NCBI GenBank assembly: GCA_003427395.1
Contig: BFEA01000036.1
Span: 3,406,640-3,470,639, forward strand
DNA: 64,000 nucleotides
Origin: Chara braunii
Taxonomy: Eukaryota > Plantae > Charophyceae
Direction of reading: 5' to 3'
In this document: in pieces, positions 48,150 to 61,077 of the stretch
How positions within the stretch are numbered: the stretch's first letter is position 1
Layout of the letters: each line of letters starts with the position of its first letter
Notes under the pieces: model-generated
The model's database searches: none
What the model saw: only the letters and a program-made list of their open reading frames with translations
Told to the model about the DNA's origin: nothing
Translations under genes and position numbers: made by a program

Positions 48150-50277
48150 ATGAGGCCCACAACAACACAGTTAACCCCACCACCCAACAATCGGTGCTCA
48201 CGCTGCAACCGCAAGTCATGGACTGTGGGGTGCCAAATGGTCTGCAAACGAGTCTCTGGTCCCCAGTACAGAACTCCTGCAACTACACAGTACACCCACA
48301 CATGGCGGCGATGCTACACTCTCATGACCACCACATATTGCAGACCCCCCTGGCCCAAGGACTGGGTTGTGACATCTTGCCTCCCCCGCCCCCTCCCCCC
48401 ACCAAGGAGCACGAGGGAACGGATCAGGCATTTGCACAAACCCAGATTCCCCTGATACAACAACATCTGGGACAAGAGGCAACCCCACCAGAACCGGGAA
48501 TTGAAGTAGAAATGGCCAATTTCCAAGGAAAAGAGGAGGGGTCGACGGAAATTCCGGCCACAGATGGGATACCCAACGAACAGGGGATGCACCCGCCCCA
48601 CCGACTGTCAAAAGACACAAAGGTGAGAGCGAGGCTAAAGATGGTGACTGATGCCATCCTTATAGGCTTGCTGAGATCTGCAAAATAGTCTGACCACTCC
48701 CGCATAACTCCCCTTCATTGGGAGAATATAAGACGGAGGTTTATGAACACAACAACAGTCACTCAGTTCCTGGACTGGGCAACCGATCCGGCCTCTATTG
48801 ACTGGAAAAAGACAGCCTGTCTTATCATGGGGGTCGTGCACTCCCTCATGAATAAAGTAAGAAGCGTCGGGCCGTGACAACATCTTCCCCGGCTGACACA
48901 TCATTGGCGACTCTGTCCCACACTGAAACTAGCCCAACAGAGTTGCTCTTCGATGGTATACAGTGGCCTGGCCTCATAATCCAGGAACTGGAGCTCGAGA
49001 CGGGGGAGCCCACACCACAGCCCGACGAAGCGATCGTCCCTGCAGAAAGCCCCGGGCTGGAGCAACTGGTGCCACAACACCTGTTGTTACCACTTTTTCA
49101 GCTACGAATCATGCACCCTGCAGCAATCATGGATGACACTGCCCACACTCACCGAACTCACAGAGCACACTTGTCGGACCTGTCAGATTCACCCTCTGAT
49201 TCCGCGTCAGGGACTGATACTGAAGACGAGTTTGAGTGGGATCCGATACTGCTGACTGCTGGCACCGTGCCCCCGCCGCTGGTAACTTCAACCACAGCGG
49301 CCGACTGCACAGCGGCAACAGTAGCGGAACAGGAACACCCAATCGCCCCGCTGCAGGAATGACGAGACGAACAAAGACAACAATAGCTGCTCATCACAGA
49401 CCAACCGGAACATAGCACATCCGATAAGAACTCCGACACAGTGCGTGGGGGGCCAGACACACCCGGGGGAAAAATAAGCACATTTAGGGACGCGTTGAGG
49501 GCCGAAGACCGACTAATTCAGGCTCCTGTCACGAAACCAGGGGTAGTTATAATCCCGGTCAAAAGGAGCATTCCAGATGGGGAATGGAAAGTGTGATTGA
49601 GAATCAACTCCCCCCGGGTACCTAACCTGGTTAACAGAGCACTCAAATCCACTCAGCAAGATCCCCCGGGCCTCACCCTCCAAGGGTGGAGAGGATCCAC
49701 GTCGCAGGTGATGACCAGGCACATGCTCAGGAACCACCTCAACCAGAATGGGGATCAGGGGGTAGTAGGGACAGTTTTCCCCAGCGACCTCCCATTCCTG
49801 AAGGGTGCGATTCCCATATTGGTCCTGTTCGCTACAGACCAGCAGGAGAGCCAGCAGCAACAGTCGGGCCATATCTGTTGGCTCACACAAAAGGAACTGT
49901 TGGAGACATCGACACTCCGACTGAGAACAAACAACATTTGGCCTGCAACAGAACAGGTAGGTTTTTTGCTCCGACTCCTGGAGGAAGAAGCCTTGGATAA
50001 GCATAGGGCATGGGATGACCCGCCCTTCATCAACAGCATTGCGTGAAGGACACAACGGGCAGACCATCAGTCATCTGAGCCCCCAGCGTCAACCAGGCCT
50101 CCAGGAAGGAGGTTTGCAAATGATAATACAAACACAAGCAACACCGCAGCATCCGAGTCCCGAGGGGGACCGTGACAACAAGCACATCCACACAACCCAC
50201 GCTATCCGCCACCCCCCCCTCGCCCGCCCCCTCCGATACGGAAACAGTCGGAGTGGGCGAAAAAACTTTCAGAGGCT

Positions 50278-53200
50278 GATCTAGACATATGCTCTATAAA
50301 TGTCAACGGATTGGCACAACCCAATGAACAAAAGAAGTCGGTCATCTGGAAGATGATGCTGCAGGACATGGGGGGAAAATGGCCTGATGCCATTGCACTA
50401 CAGGAGACTCGTCTCACTGATTCTCAACCCCACCTAGCCAGAGCCAAAAGTGTCTGGCCTTATGCAACATTCATGGCCCTGGCCCGCTCTTCAGCTTCCA
50501 CTGGAGTAGCCATCTGGATACCCCCCTCGTCGAGACTGGTCCCAATACATGCGGAGTGGGACAAAATAGAGGGAAGATGGGTCCACCTGAAAGCGGCAAT
50601 GGGAACAGACGAACTGTATTTGGTATGCATATATGCTCCAAACGATCCGGTGCAGCGAGTACAGTTTTTTCTCACCTTGCAACACATCTTGCCAACAGAC
50701 GCCCCCATCATAATGTGTGGGGACTTCAACACCACCCTGGATCCGGGGGTGGATAGAAGATCGTCATCACCGATACACCAATCACCACAATCCTCACCGG
50801 ATAGCACGGCGCTAGGCAAAATGTTGTCAGATATGGACCTCATTGACACCTATAGAGAGACATACCCTAACAGAAGAGCCTACACATGTGTCAGATCGCG
50901 AGGGGCGGCGGGAGTCTCTAACTCAAGAATTGATTTAATTCTCCTCTCAAAAGACCTGGGGGGTCTCCTCACCACGTCAGCGATCCTCCCCTTCTCCCCC
51001 TGCAAATCTTTTGGCCACCGCATGATAGCAATGGGCCTCTCCCTCCACATGCACATCACAAGAGGGCCGGGGTACTTTAAATTCAACACATCCTTGCTAA
51101 AACTGCAGGCTTTCGAGCAGCTGGTTAAAGACTTCTGGTCATACTGGACATCGACGAAACCCGAGGACAGGTCGATAGTCCAATGGTTAACGAAGGGGTG
51201 ACGCAGTTGAGAGAGAGAGCTAAAAAGTTCTCCATCCAGAGAGCAAGAGAGCGTAAAGCAGTGCTGGATAGCCTGCTACAACAACTTGCGGAATGGGACA
51301 CACACCTCACCGAAAACCCTTTGGACATTGACACCTTCAACGCCCTTCAACACGCCAGAAGCCAGTTGCAAGAGTACCTGGACATGCAAGCACAAAAATG
51401 GAGAATACATGCTAAAATCAGGAAGGACGCCACAGACGGGATGATGTCTAAGACCTTCTTTAGCAAGGCTAAAGCTAAGAGCAGACAAGCCACGGTGCCC
51501 TCCCTTAAGCATCCGTTCGATGGGTCCCAACCGCCAACAAGAAACGTGTACAAAATAGTGGAGTATGCATCCCTCTATTACACAGACCTGTTCACCTCAC
51601 AGACTCCACGCACTCAGCCGCAGACCCTTGCCCATGCAAGGGACACATTGCTGACTGCACTCCCGTCCTTGCTGACCACAGCACAAAGAAACTCTCTAGA
51701 TGAACCCATGTCTGGTCGAGAAATACTTCAGGCACTGCAAGATATGGACGATGAGAAAACACCCGGTCTGGATGCCTTCCCAAAGGAGTTTTGGCTTCAC
51801 TTTCGGGAGACATTCGAAAAAGACTTCATCACATACACCAACGCAGTGTTCCATGAAGAGACTTTCGGGGGACTGATGGGACAAGGGGTGACAACACTGT
51901 TATACAAAAAAGGGGATAAGGAAGAAATTAGGAATTACCGCCCTATCACCCTTTTGCCCGTGCCGTATAATATTATAGCTAAAGTTTGGGCAAACAGACT
52001 GTTGCCCCTCCTACCGCACCTCATCCACCCAGACCAATCAGGTTTTATGCCATTTCGCAACATACAAGATAATATTTTGCTAGTCAATGAAACTATCCGC
52101 TACGCAAGATAAAGAAAAGCGGAGACGGCTATACTGTTCTTTGACTTTGAAAAGGCATACGACCACGTGGACTGGGATTTTCTCGACATGTGTCCAGTGA
52201 AAATGAACTTTGGCCCGCTCTTTTGCAAATGGGTCAACACCTTCCACAGAACTGCTACCACGAACATCATCCTCAATGGTCATCTTGCTCCCCCTTTCGC
52301 TCTTCAACGATCGGTGAGACAAGGCGATCCCATTGCACCAATGCTATTTGTGCTGGTCATGGAAGCGCTTGCGGCCATGATCAGGAACAACCCTCATATT
52401 CACAAAATACGAGTGCCGGAGATTCCGGAACGCTTGATTCCTGTCACCTCAATCTTCGCATATGATCTCACAGTGTTGTTCCGCGCAGACCAAGAGAGCT
52501 TCCGGGCGCTGGCTCACACAGTCCACCTCTTTGAGATAGCAGCGAACATGAAGGTTAACTGGGGAACAAAAACAGAAGGCTGGTGGTTGGACCCCCTGGG
52601 TGGACCGCCACCGACTGACCCTCAGGTTACCTGGAGAGACAAAGAGACAACGATAAAAGTGCTGGGTGTGAATATCACAGCGATGGGCCCACCGCCAGAC
52701 CACGGTGATTCGCTGCTGGAGCTAGCAATAAAAAAACTCTCTAACTGGGACGGCAAACCTACCTCTCTGGTAGGCAGAATACTGGCAATTAACAACGCCA
52801 TTTTTGCATCTATATGGTACAAGGTGGCATTCTGGCAACTCAACAGAAAACAGATCACTAAGCTTAAACAGGTGGCAGCAGCATACCTCTGGAAGAATGA
52901 TCACAACCACTCTAACTGCATAAAAAGGGTGGCATGGGACACTATTGTGCAGCCTAGAACACAGGGAGGCCTAGGGATAATCGACCCAGAGAAAGAGATC
53001 AAGGTGTTGCTCTTCAAGTTCTTGATCCGCCTCCTACTGGGCAACGATATTCCGTGGGCCCCGTACGCCCACATCCAGCTGCACTGTATTGCACCCACCT
53101 CTCACCCTCTCTCACCAATTCACCCGCTGCAATGGTTAACCAACACAGCCTGGTCCCTTCCCTTGCCACCACGAAGTGCGGAGGATCACTCGCAGGAAGG

Positions 53201-54778
53201 AAGGGCAAAACAAGACCTCAAAGTTGATGCACTGTGGCCAGCAATGATTAGACTGTGGAGAGAAAGAGGGCCGCTCCGCACCCCCACGATGCCCAAAATG
53301 GAGGAAGTGGGTCGCCAACCACTTTTTGGGCATTAACACATCACGGATGAAGCCGGCAACCAGTTCTCCCTCCAAGGGTCCTCCAAATGGAGGCAGTGGG
53401 TTAAAAACGGGGTGTACACAATGGGCCACCTCTGGGATGGCCAGGCAAGGAACTGAAAATTGGAGACCGCTTTGAAGACACTCACATATGGCCTCTTGCA
53501 TGAGGGAGCTACAGGAAGACATCCCTTTGGCCTGGATCCGCGCCCTCAAAACGGGCCCGATAATACAGTCGGATGACTGGGTGGTGTCCACCCATTCTAT
53601 GCCTGTTCCCATGACAGCGTACAAAGTACACAGCACCATCAACAGAATCACAGCACTACATGCCTACTGCCCGACCCTACCCGGAGAACGCTGGTCAACA
53701 ATACATAGACAAGAAGATTTGGACACACAAAGACTGCCATTCGAACTGACCAGGGTGAGAGTAGTAGGGAATGCAGAGGATGGCCTCTTTCTCTACGAGC
53801 CATCCATCCCCCTCCGTGAGCTACCATTCAATCCGGCGGAATGGGAATGGTCATGGGGGGACTCGCAGACAATGCCCTTGTGGCAATACACTTTCAAGAA
53901 TGGCTATCTAATAGCCCGAAAAAAAGTACAAGTCACACAACAAATTATACATAGGTGGGAAAGAGACTCCCCACTGGAAAGGCAGGACTTCCAGCACTTC
54001 AGATGGTCAAACTTTTCGCATATCAAACCGACCAATCACAGAGCGCTGCAATGGCAGATCATACACAGATGCCTGCCAACTCCGGATTGGTTGACATCAA
54101 GAACAGACTTAGAGGCCAAAGGGTTGCTTTCCCCTCTCTGCACGTACTGCACCAATTCCACACCACGCCAAAGAGCTACCCTGAAACACTGCCTGCTTGA
54201 CTGTCCGATGGTGTCTCAAGTCTGGTGTTGGTGGGACGCAGCCTGGCACTATCTTACGAGGGAACACTTACCATGGGATGTTCGTACCCTCCTTCTGGGA
54301 GGTCCCTCAGAGGGAGCAGCGAACTGGACACCCTTTATGTCCAACCTTTTTTACATACTCCAGACTGACGGTGCTAATGGCGGCCTGGAGAATGTGATGC
54401 GCATATGAAAAAAAAAAACATGATTTTGGCTTCATGCAAGCACGGGCAACAATCATAGACACTGTCACAACAAATACCCAGGCCGCCTGGAGACTGATGC
54501 AATCTAAGTTGCTGAAAGAACCAGATGAGGCTAAAACACGCCTCATACTACAGAATTTCGAAGCAACCTGGACGGATGGCAATGGGAGACTGTGCTCCCT
54601 CGACAACGCCCACTCACTCGAGTGGCAGCCTTGGCTGTCAACGGAGAGGCAGTGGGAAAGGTTGCCGAGGCACCACTCCCAGGTGGTTTACCAACCCACG
54701 AACTTCGTTCTTGTCCCTCCAGAAGACTGTGCCCAACACGCCCTCCACCACCCTCCCTGCAACCACCCCCACGACTAG
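50278..54778 (+). pseudogene. LINE ORF2: APE endonuclease, reverse transcriptase, zinc finger (disrupted)
   Basis: SINVNGL, IALQET, CIYAPN, GDFN, SRID; TPGLD, NYRPITLL, QSGF, DFEKAYD, VRQGDPIAP, FAYD (mutated FADD); CTYC...HCLLDC. Several stops and frameshifts. Confidence 0.95.
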
Positions 54779-56340
54779 CCCTCTCCACCCCCCCCCGTGA
54801 CATTCCCCCNNNNNNNNNNNNNNNNNNNNNNNNNNNNNNNNNNNNNNNNNNNNNNNNNNNNNNNNNNNNNNNNNNNNNNNNNNNNNNNNNNNNNNNNNNN
54901 NNNNNNNNNNNNNNNNNNNNNNNNNNNNNNNNNNNNNNNNNNNNNNNNNNNNNNNNNNNNNNNNNNNNNNNNNNNNNNNNNNNNNNNNNNNNNNNNNNNN
55001 NNNNNNNNNNNNNNNNNNNNNNNNNNNNNNNNNNNNNNNNNNNNNNNNNNNNNNNNNNNNNNNNNNNNNNNNNNNNNNNNNNNNNNNNNNNNNNNNNNNN
55101 NNNNNNNNNNNNNNNNNNNNNNNNNNNNNNNNNNNNNNNNNNNNNNNNNNNNNNNNNNNNNNNNNNNNNNNNNNNNNNNNNNNNNNNNNNNNNNNNNNNN
55201 NNNNNNNNNNNNNNNNNNNNNNNNNNNNNNNNNNNNNNNNNNNNNNNNNNNNNNNNNNNNNNNNNNNNNNNNNNNNNNNNNNNNNNNNNNNNNNNNNNNN
55301 NNNNNNNNNNNNNNNNNNNNNNNNNNNNNNNNNNNNNNNNNNNNNNNNNNNNNNNNNNNNNNNNNNNNNNNNNNNNNNNNNNNNNNNNNNNNNNNNNNNN
55401 NNNNNNNNNNNNNNTTGTAATGACAGCAAGCTACTACCGGGCTCTTGCTGCCCTTCGTCTACACGCATCTCTTCGTCTTCCTCCCGCTCCCCATCATATC
55501 CTCCCTTTTCAACCTTCAGCGCCATTGATTGGTCGCCAGTTGCGTTGGTCGGATCAACTTAAAAAGTCGTAAGAGCGGACTTATGTGCACAGCTTGAACA
55601 ACCACCTCAACCGTGTGAAAATCTTGATCTCCCCGCCCTTCTCGACCTTTAGGATACTTCCTTCTATCTTCCTCATCTGCCACCCTTCACTCCCCACATT
55701 ACACGCTGGTGCCCTGCCGCCTTCCTCGCTATAAATTCGAGCAGCCCCCTCCTCTCCTCCTCTTTGATCTCAGCTACAACGCTGCGTGAGCTATGCGTGA
55801 CGGCTGCGGCTCAGGACAAGCTCGATATGCCAAAGGATGGGCAAAGTGACGGTGTGGGGTAAGCTTAGCCGTAGTTTTTGTGGGTGGTAGTCGGAGGAAC
55901 GGAGTGGTGGTGGAGGCGGGAGCGCGGCCAGTGGCAGGGTCTTGCGGCTATGCTGGCAAGCACTTGGTTGGATATGGTGGTTGCTCGCGTGAGGTGCCAG
56001 CGTTGTAATTGTTCATATAGTAACCCCAAAGACTTGCCTAGAAGAATTTGAAGCACTTACCCGAGGAATTGGTCCCCGGGTCATGAAAAGTGCTGGTCAA
56101 ACTTGCTAGAATAGAGGCTCCCATGTCCCAAGACGAAAAACAAAAAGTTTTTTTTCTATCAAATCAATGTGGAAAAGAAGTCGCCCATCTGCCTTATGTT
56201 ATGTGTGAATGACATTCACGCTTGTTTGTAGGCAAGCCCACTGGTTAAGTACCGCTTTCTCTGATGGAGACTCTAATCATTATTAGTATGCGCAGCGTGC
56301 ATCCCCGTACTGCGAATTTGGGGTTTTTCTTTTGCCAACG

Positions 56341-56557
56341 TATAACGAGCGCAACCCTCGTTTTGTGTTGCTAAGACATCGCAACGATGTGTTGCACTCA
56401 CAAAAAACTGTCAGTGATATATTGGAGGAAGGTGGGGATGACGTCAAGTCTGCATGACCCTTATGGGCTGGGCTACACACGTGCTACAATGGCAATGACA
56501 ATAGGAAACAAGGTTTTAAGGCGGAGCGAATCTTGAAACATTGCCTCAGTTCGAATT
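56341..56557 (+). pseudogene. rrn18: Mitochondrial SSU rRNA fragment (NUMT)
   Basis: AACGAGCGCAACCCTCGTTTTGTGTTGCT...GGAGGAAGGTGGGGATGACGTCAAGTC...ACACACGTGCTACAATGGCAATGACA; plant-mitochondrial-type variable segments. Confidence 0.88.
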
Positions 56558-56819
56558 AACAAATACTTTGCGGGTTCAAGTTGTATAAAAAAACCGCGTC
56601 AAGGATCGAAGAATATGTTCTCCGTAACGACTGATTCACAATTTATTTTCAACTTTCAAAAGTTGTTAATCGAACCTTCTGGTTCTATCTGTTGTGATGA
56701 GAATGATGTGTCTGACTCTTTGTCTTTCTTACACACATTCATCTCGAAAGAGACGTAAGAACCAACTAAAAACTTGTTGAAACCACCTCCAAAAAGCAAA
56801 CACATATGTTACAAATATG

Positions 56820-56942
56820 TGTTCCATCATTTTACTTATTCCTAACACGAAAATACGGTTGATACGAAGTATTGTCTTTCGCACCTCTTTGATCACTTTT
56901 CTATACTCTCTGTTGTTTTGGATACAATTTAAGAATTCTACT
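56820..56942 (+). pseudogene. nad4: nad4 N-terminal fragment (NUMT)
   Basis: [40 protein letters not shown]. Confidence 0.8.
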
Positions 56943-57040
56943 TTTACCTCTTCTTGCACAATTTCTTGTTTTTCCTCTGCCACAGTCAAGGTGCAACAAC
57001 TTGTGCTTGAACTTGTTGCAACGCTTCCTTCCTCTATAAC

Positions 57041-57214
57041 ATAAGTAAAATGTAACAAAGAAGTTAATCCTCCCATTTTACGCATATCTTGTTCATTAGA
57101 CATTGCATAAATCAGAAAACTTGCACTCAAAAAAAGTAATGCTTTAAAAAGAGCATGGTTCATCAGATGAAATACATTCACAGAATAATTGAAGATACTA
57201 CAAGCGAATACCAT
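57041..57214 (-). pseudogene. nad5: nad5 internal fragment (NUMT)
   Basis: [46 protein letters not shown]. Confidence 0.9.
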
Positions 57215-57329
57215 ATCAAACTCACCTGACTCCCATTGGTAACTTACAAACACGTGTGGTATTGTCAGGTCCAGGCGCCTGGCTGGTTTACGATATATAA
57301 CATATAGCTACAATATTAGAAGATTGTGG

Positions 57330-57511
57330 TATGTAAAACCATTGAAATGATTGTGGATGCTATCTATGAATTGCCCTCGTCTACTGAGCCTCATAAAACA
57401 TTGCGCAAAGTACGAAATTCAAAAAAAAAAAAAAGGTTAGTGAAGGACGAAACTCGGTGTATAAGCGGCGCCTTGTTATCACGAATTCAAGATCAAAAGT
57501 TTTTGGACTTA
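57330..57511 (+). pseudogene. Group II intron RT/maturase fragments (NUMT)
   Basis: MIVDAIYE...HKTLRK and LLSRIQDQKFLDL. Confidence 0.5.
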
Positions 57512-57672
57512 GTGAGATTAACCAATCGAAATGAGGTTATTGCATACATTCTGGGAGAAGCCATAATTTACAAAAACACTTTATTGTTATGGTTCAAGGA
57601 GGTAGAGTCAAAGATTCGCCTGGTGTAAAATACCATTGTATTCGAGGAGTGAAAGACTTACAAGGAATTCCT
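57512..57672 (+). pseudogene. rps12: rps12 fragment with frameshift (NUMT)
   Basis: [16 protein letters not shown], then after a frameshift [37 protein letters not shown]. Confidence 0.88.
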
Positions 57673-58679
57673 AATGTTCCCCCCAGGTATATTCGGGTCC
57701 ATATAGTTCCTAAAGCTATTGGTACATATTAGGACATCCGCGTCATCAATCTTTCTAATATTACAAAACTTTATTGTGTGTCCTTTTGGGGCTCAATGCT
57801 TGCAAATGACATTCCTTCAATCCATTATTTATCTTCTAAATCCTTGTCCACCATCTTGAGCCCCCTGAGTCTAGGTTCTCGCCTTCTACTGACCCTTGGT
57901 CAACTTAGGAAGTTCAGACCCCCCTTTCGTCTAAGCCACCTCCTAACTCTCTCCCCTTCTTGAACGCCATACCACTTCATCTAGGTCTTCGTAGGCTGGA
58001 GAGAACCTCGATCATTACCGTCCGTTCTTTCTCCACTCCCACTAACCAATTCGTTTGACATTCCTTTCGGGATCTTCCGCTTACCTTTTGTGACCTCCTT
58101 TAATTGCGTCATTCTCCCTTTTAATTTTCCCTCTTGTTTCTGTATAAAACCTAATTCTCCTCGTGCTGATGTTCCACCGACTATTCGTACAAGGCTTCCA
58201 CAACGCGGACCATTGATTTCACCTTTGGGAAGAGGTCTCGAGTTCATTCGAAGTTTGTGACTTTGTATGTTGGTAAAACTTTTTCCTCATCACGGTAATC
58301 TTTCATAATCTTTCATAAGCCGAGAGTATGCTCAAGTCCTATGACGTGTTAGACCTTCCCCTCCCTTACAAATTGTTTCTTGGATTTTATCATTGCTTTC
58401 AAGTTGTCATAAGAAAAGAGTCAAAGTCATAAATAATAAAGCAAAAAGACTTTCGCTCCGCCTTGAACTCTACAACTAAGAATCTCAGACGACTTCTAGA
58501 AGAATAGCCTAGTTGGCTAGGAAGCTACTCTCTTTAGCGAAGATTTTTCTCCCCGAGTTACTCTATTGTTCTAACTCTCACTCAACTTTAAAGAATTGTT
58601 TTTGGATTGATAAAGTCAATTTGTTACACAAATTCAAGCAAGATTTGTATTGGTGGTTGGAACACCTCTCGAGCTTGCC

Positions 58680-61077
58680 TGGATGAAATTAGGATGTCAG
58701 GTTAACCTCAACCAAAACTTTCTAAGACACCTCAACTTCGGCAGTTGCCGCAGTCCTTCTCTTGAGCTTAAGGGAATCTTGGAGAACCAGTTTTCCTTTG
58801 CCTCTAGATTACGTGGATAGGTTGAGCACATGCAAAGAGTTGTATGCAGTCACTAAAACCTTGCTAATCTTAAGGAACCATAGTCAGACTCTCTGTATCT
58901 TCTTTTTAAAGACAATCATAGCCATAGCGCATGAATGACAACAACCATAGTCATGCGCTAGAGAGTCTATCCTAACTTAATTCCCTCTCGAATTTCATCT
59001 ACCGTAGAGTTGTGACTGCCCTTACCCTCATAGATGTCAAACTCAAGTAAGTCATCACACATTTTTTTATTGAATACACTTAGAGTTAATATCGACTCCG
59101 TCTTGGTGCTACAAAATAATGGACCTTTTACACATATATTTATGGATGACCTTAGCAAACTGAAACTTTTCTGCATCTCTTCATCAAACTTCAAGAAATT
59201 TTATCCTTCCTTCCCCCGCTCGCGCAGCATTATGACTCCTTGCAACCAGTTCCGCAGTGTTTTATTACAACAAGGTTGAACTCACCTAACCTCTTTGTCT
59301 CTCTCTCTCTCCCTTGCAACTGCAATCCTTCTCTGCCCTGTTGCCAGTTGTCCTATAGCTACGCCATTATGCAGAGGTCTTGTGACGTCTCAATGCTCTG
59401 CTACTCATTTTTTGACATGTATCCCTGTGTATCATCTCTATTTTCTCCTTCGTCATAAGGGGTACCTGCTCCTAGGTCACCCCATTTTTAAGAGTGTAAT
59501 TTTGGTAGGCTCTCTGGTAGTCACTCACCGTACTACTATTGCAAGGATTTTACCTGCCTTCACGACCAAGTCAGTGAAAGCAATGGCTAAGGGAGCAAAT
59601 GGTGAAATGTAGTGTGTTGCACGCAGGAAATGGTCAGCGGCCATACCTGTTAAAAGCTTGATTCCTATTGCTAAGCTATGAAAACCATTGATCTTGCAGC
59701 AAGGTAAGAAAATAAAGATCGTTGCAATCCTGAACGCTCCGAGCAAGGCAATTCTAGGTCAAGCCATTCTTTCAGAAGCCTCAACATACACCCCCCCTCT
59801 CATTCATTGTTCTGTGGAGTCCATCAAGCACTGCTCATAGTTCCCTTCATACTGAATCTAGGGTTGATTTTGAGCATGCTTCAATTTAACAATCTCTCCA
59901 ACCACCGTCTTCTGTGCACAAGTGAATTGTACATTTGGTAAATGAGGGCGGGCAAATCTGGGATGGTTAGGAGGTGCATTGGTGGGTGCCCCTGGACTTC
60001 CATTTCCACGGAAGGTGTTATATGTCTCTAAATTGTGCAATTTGGATTCCGATCAGTTCCATTTCTGTTGTATTATAATTTTGAGTTATTTAATTGTCTT
60101 GATGTTTAGTTTGTTTATATTTCCTGTGTGAGTTTTATGGAACTTCCTTGTAGTTGCCCCTATGATTGCGACCCCTCTAAGCTCTCTGACTATTGAGGTT
60201 ACTCACCGAATGCACTTATGCTTACCGGTGATAAGCAACTAGAATGGAGTCCCCCCATAGTTTAAAGGCGGCTTGCCTTGTTAAAAAAAAGGAAAGAAAA
60301 AAAAAAAAAAAGGAAAACCCTGATAACTCTCTGATAAGGATAAGAGATGGCAGTCTCCACGGATCGTGCACCATGACTTAGTAGGGAGTGCAACCTTGGT
60401 CCTTCTCCCAGCTGGATATAAAGGCAAGAATGTCAAAAGCAACTCCTTGAGAAAATTCAGAAGATGTCGTCGAATCTGAGTGGAAAACGGTCAACCCTCC
60501 AATGCCTTAGCAAGAGTGACAATAATCTGGGAGATTATGAGATCTATTGACTGTGCTCGAGGGCAACTAAGCTGGAAGGGCATGTGTGTGGTGAAAGTCA
60601 CGCCCAACATGAGCCAAGTAACTCCCAGGGCAACCGGATGCAATAACTGGGCTTGAGTGACTCGGTAAAACTTATGGACGAACGCTTGCTAATCCAAGTG
60701 TTTTTTCTACTGTCAGATTTTCCTGTTGATCTGCGCCGCCGCTCGATACTTGCTTCGTGCAGTAGGAATTGTGAGACCTTCTGCAGCAGCTTTCGCGTTT
60801 GACTGCATGAAAATCCGGGCCCACCCTCTCGTGCCCTCGGTGCATTGGTGGGCTCCCTTGGACTTCCATTTTTATGGAAGGTCTCAGATTCCTCTGAACT
60901 GTTCAACTCGGATTCTTAGTAGTTCATTTTTTGTTATATTATTCATACTTATTCAATTGCCTTGATGTTCGGTTTGTTCATATTTCCCCTGTGTGAGTTT
61001 TTTGAAGCTTCCTTGCAAGCACCCATCTGATTACGACCCCGTTGACCTTTCCGGCTATTGAGGTCACTCATCAAATT
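58680..61077 (+). mobile_element. Very degenerate tyrosine-recombinase retrotransposon (DIRS/Ngaro-like) remnant
   Basis: RNase H-like STSAVAAVL and KELYAV, a GPFT...KL..F motif, and diverged ~240-bp direct repeats at 59972-60211 and 60839-61077. Confidence 0.3.

Larger units (their letters stand above)
44576..55414 (+). mobile_element. Full-length (~10.8 kb) L1-clade LINE, inactivated
   Basis: Flanking direct repeat TTGTAATGACAGCAAGCTAC(TAC)CGGGCTC at 44549-44575 and 55415-55444. Contains ORF1-like, APE, RT and zinc-finger regions; the 3' tail is in the N gap. Confidence 0.9.

Noticed and set aside
1163-55572. Long ORFs containing X runs
   Set aside because: They only read through N gaps and microsatellites.
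56341-56557. Bacterial 16S contamination or functional rRNA gene
   Set aside because: Short fragment with plant-mitochondrial features, embedded among nad4/nad5/rps12 pieces.
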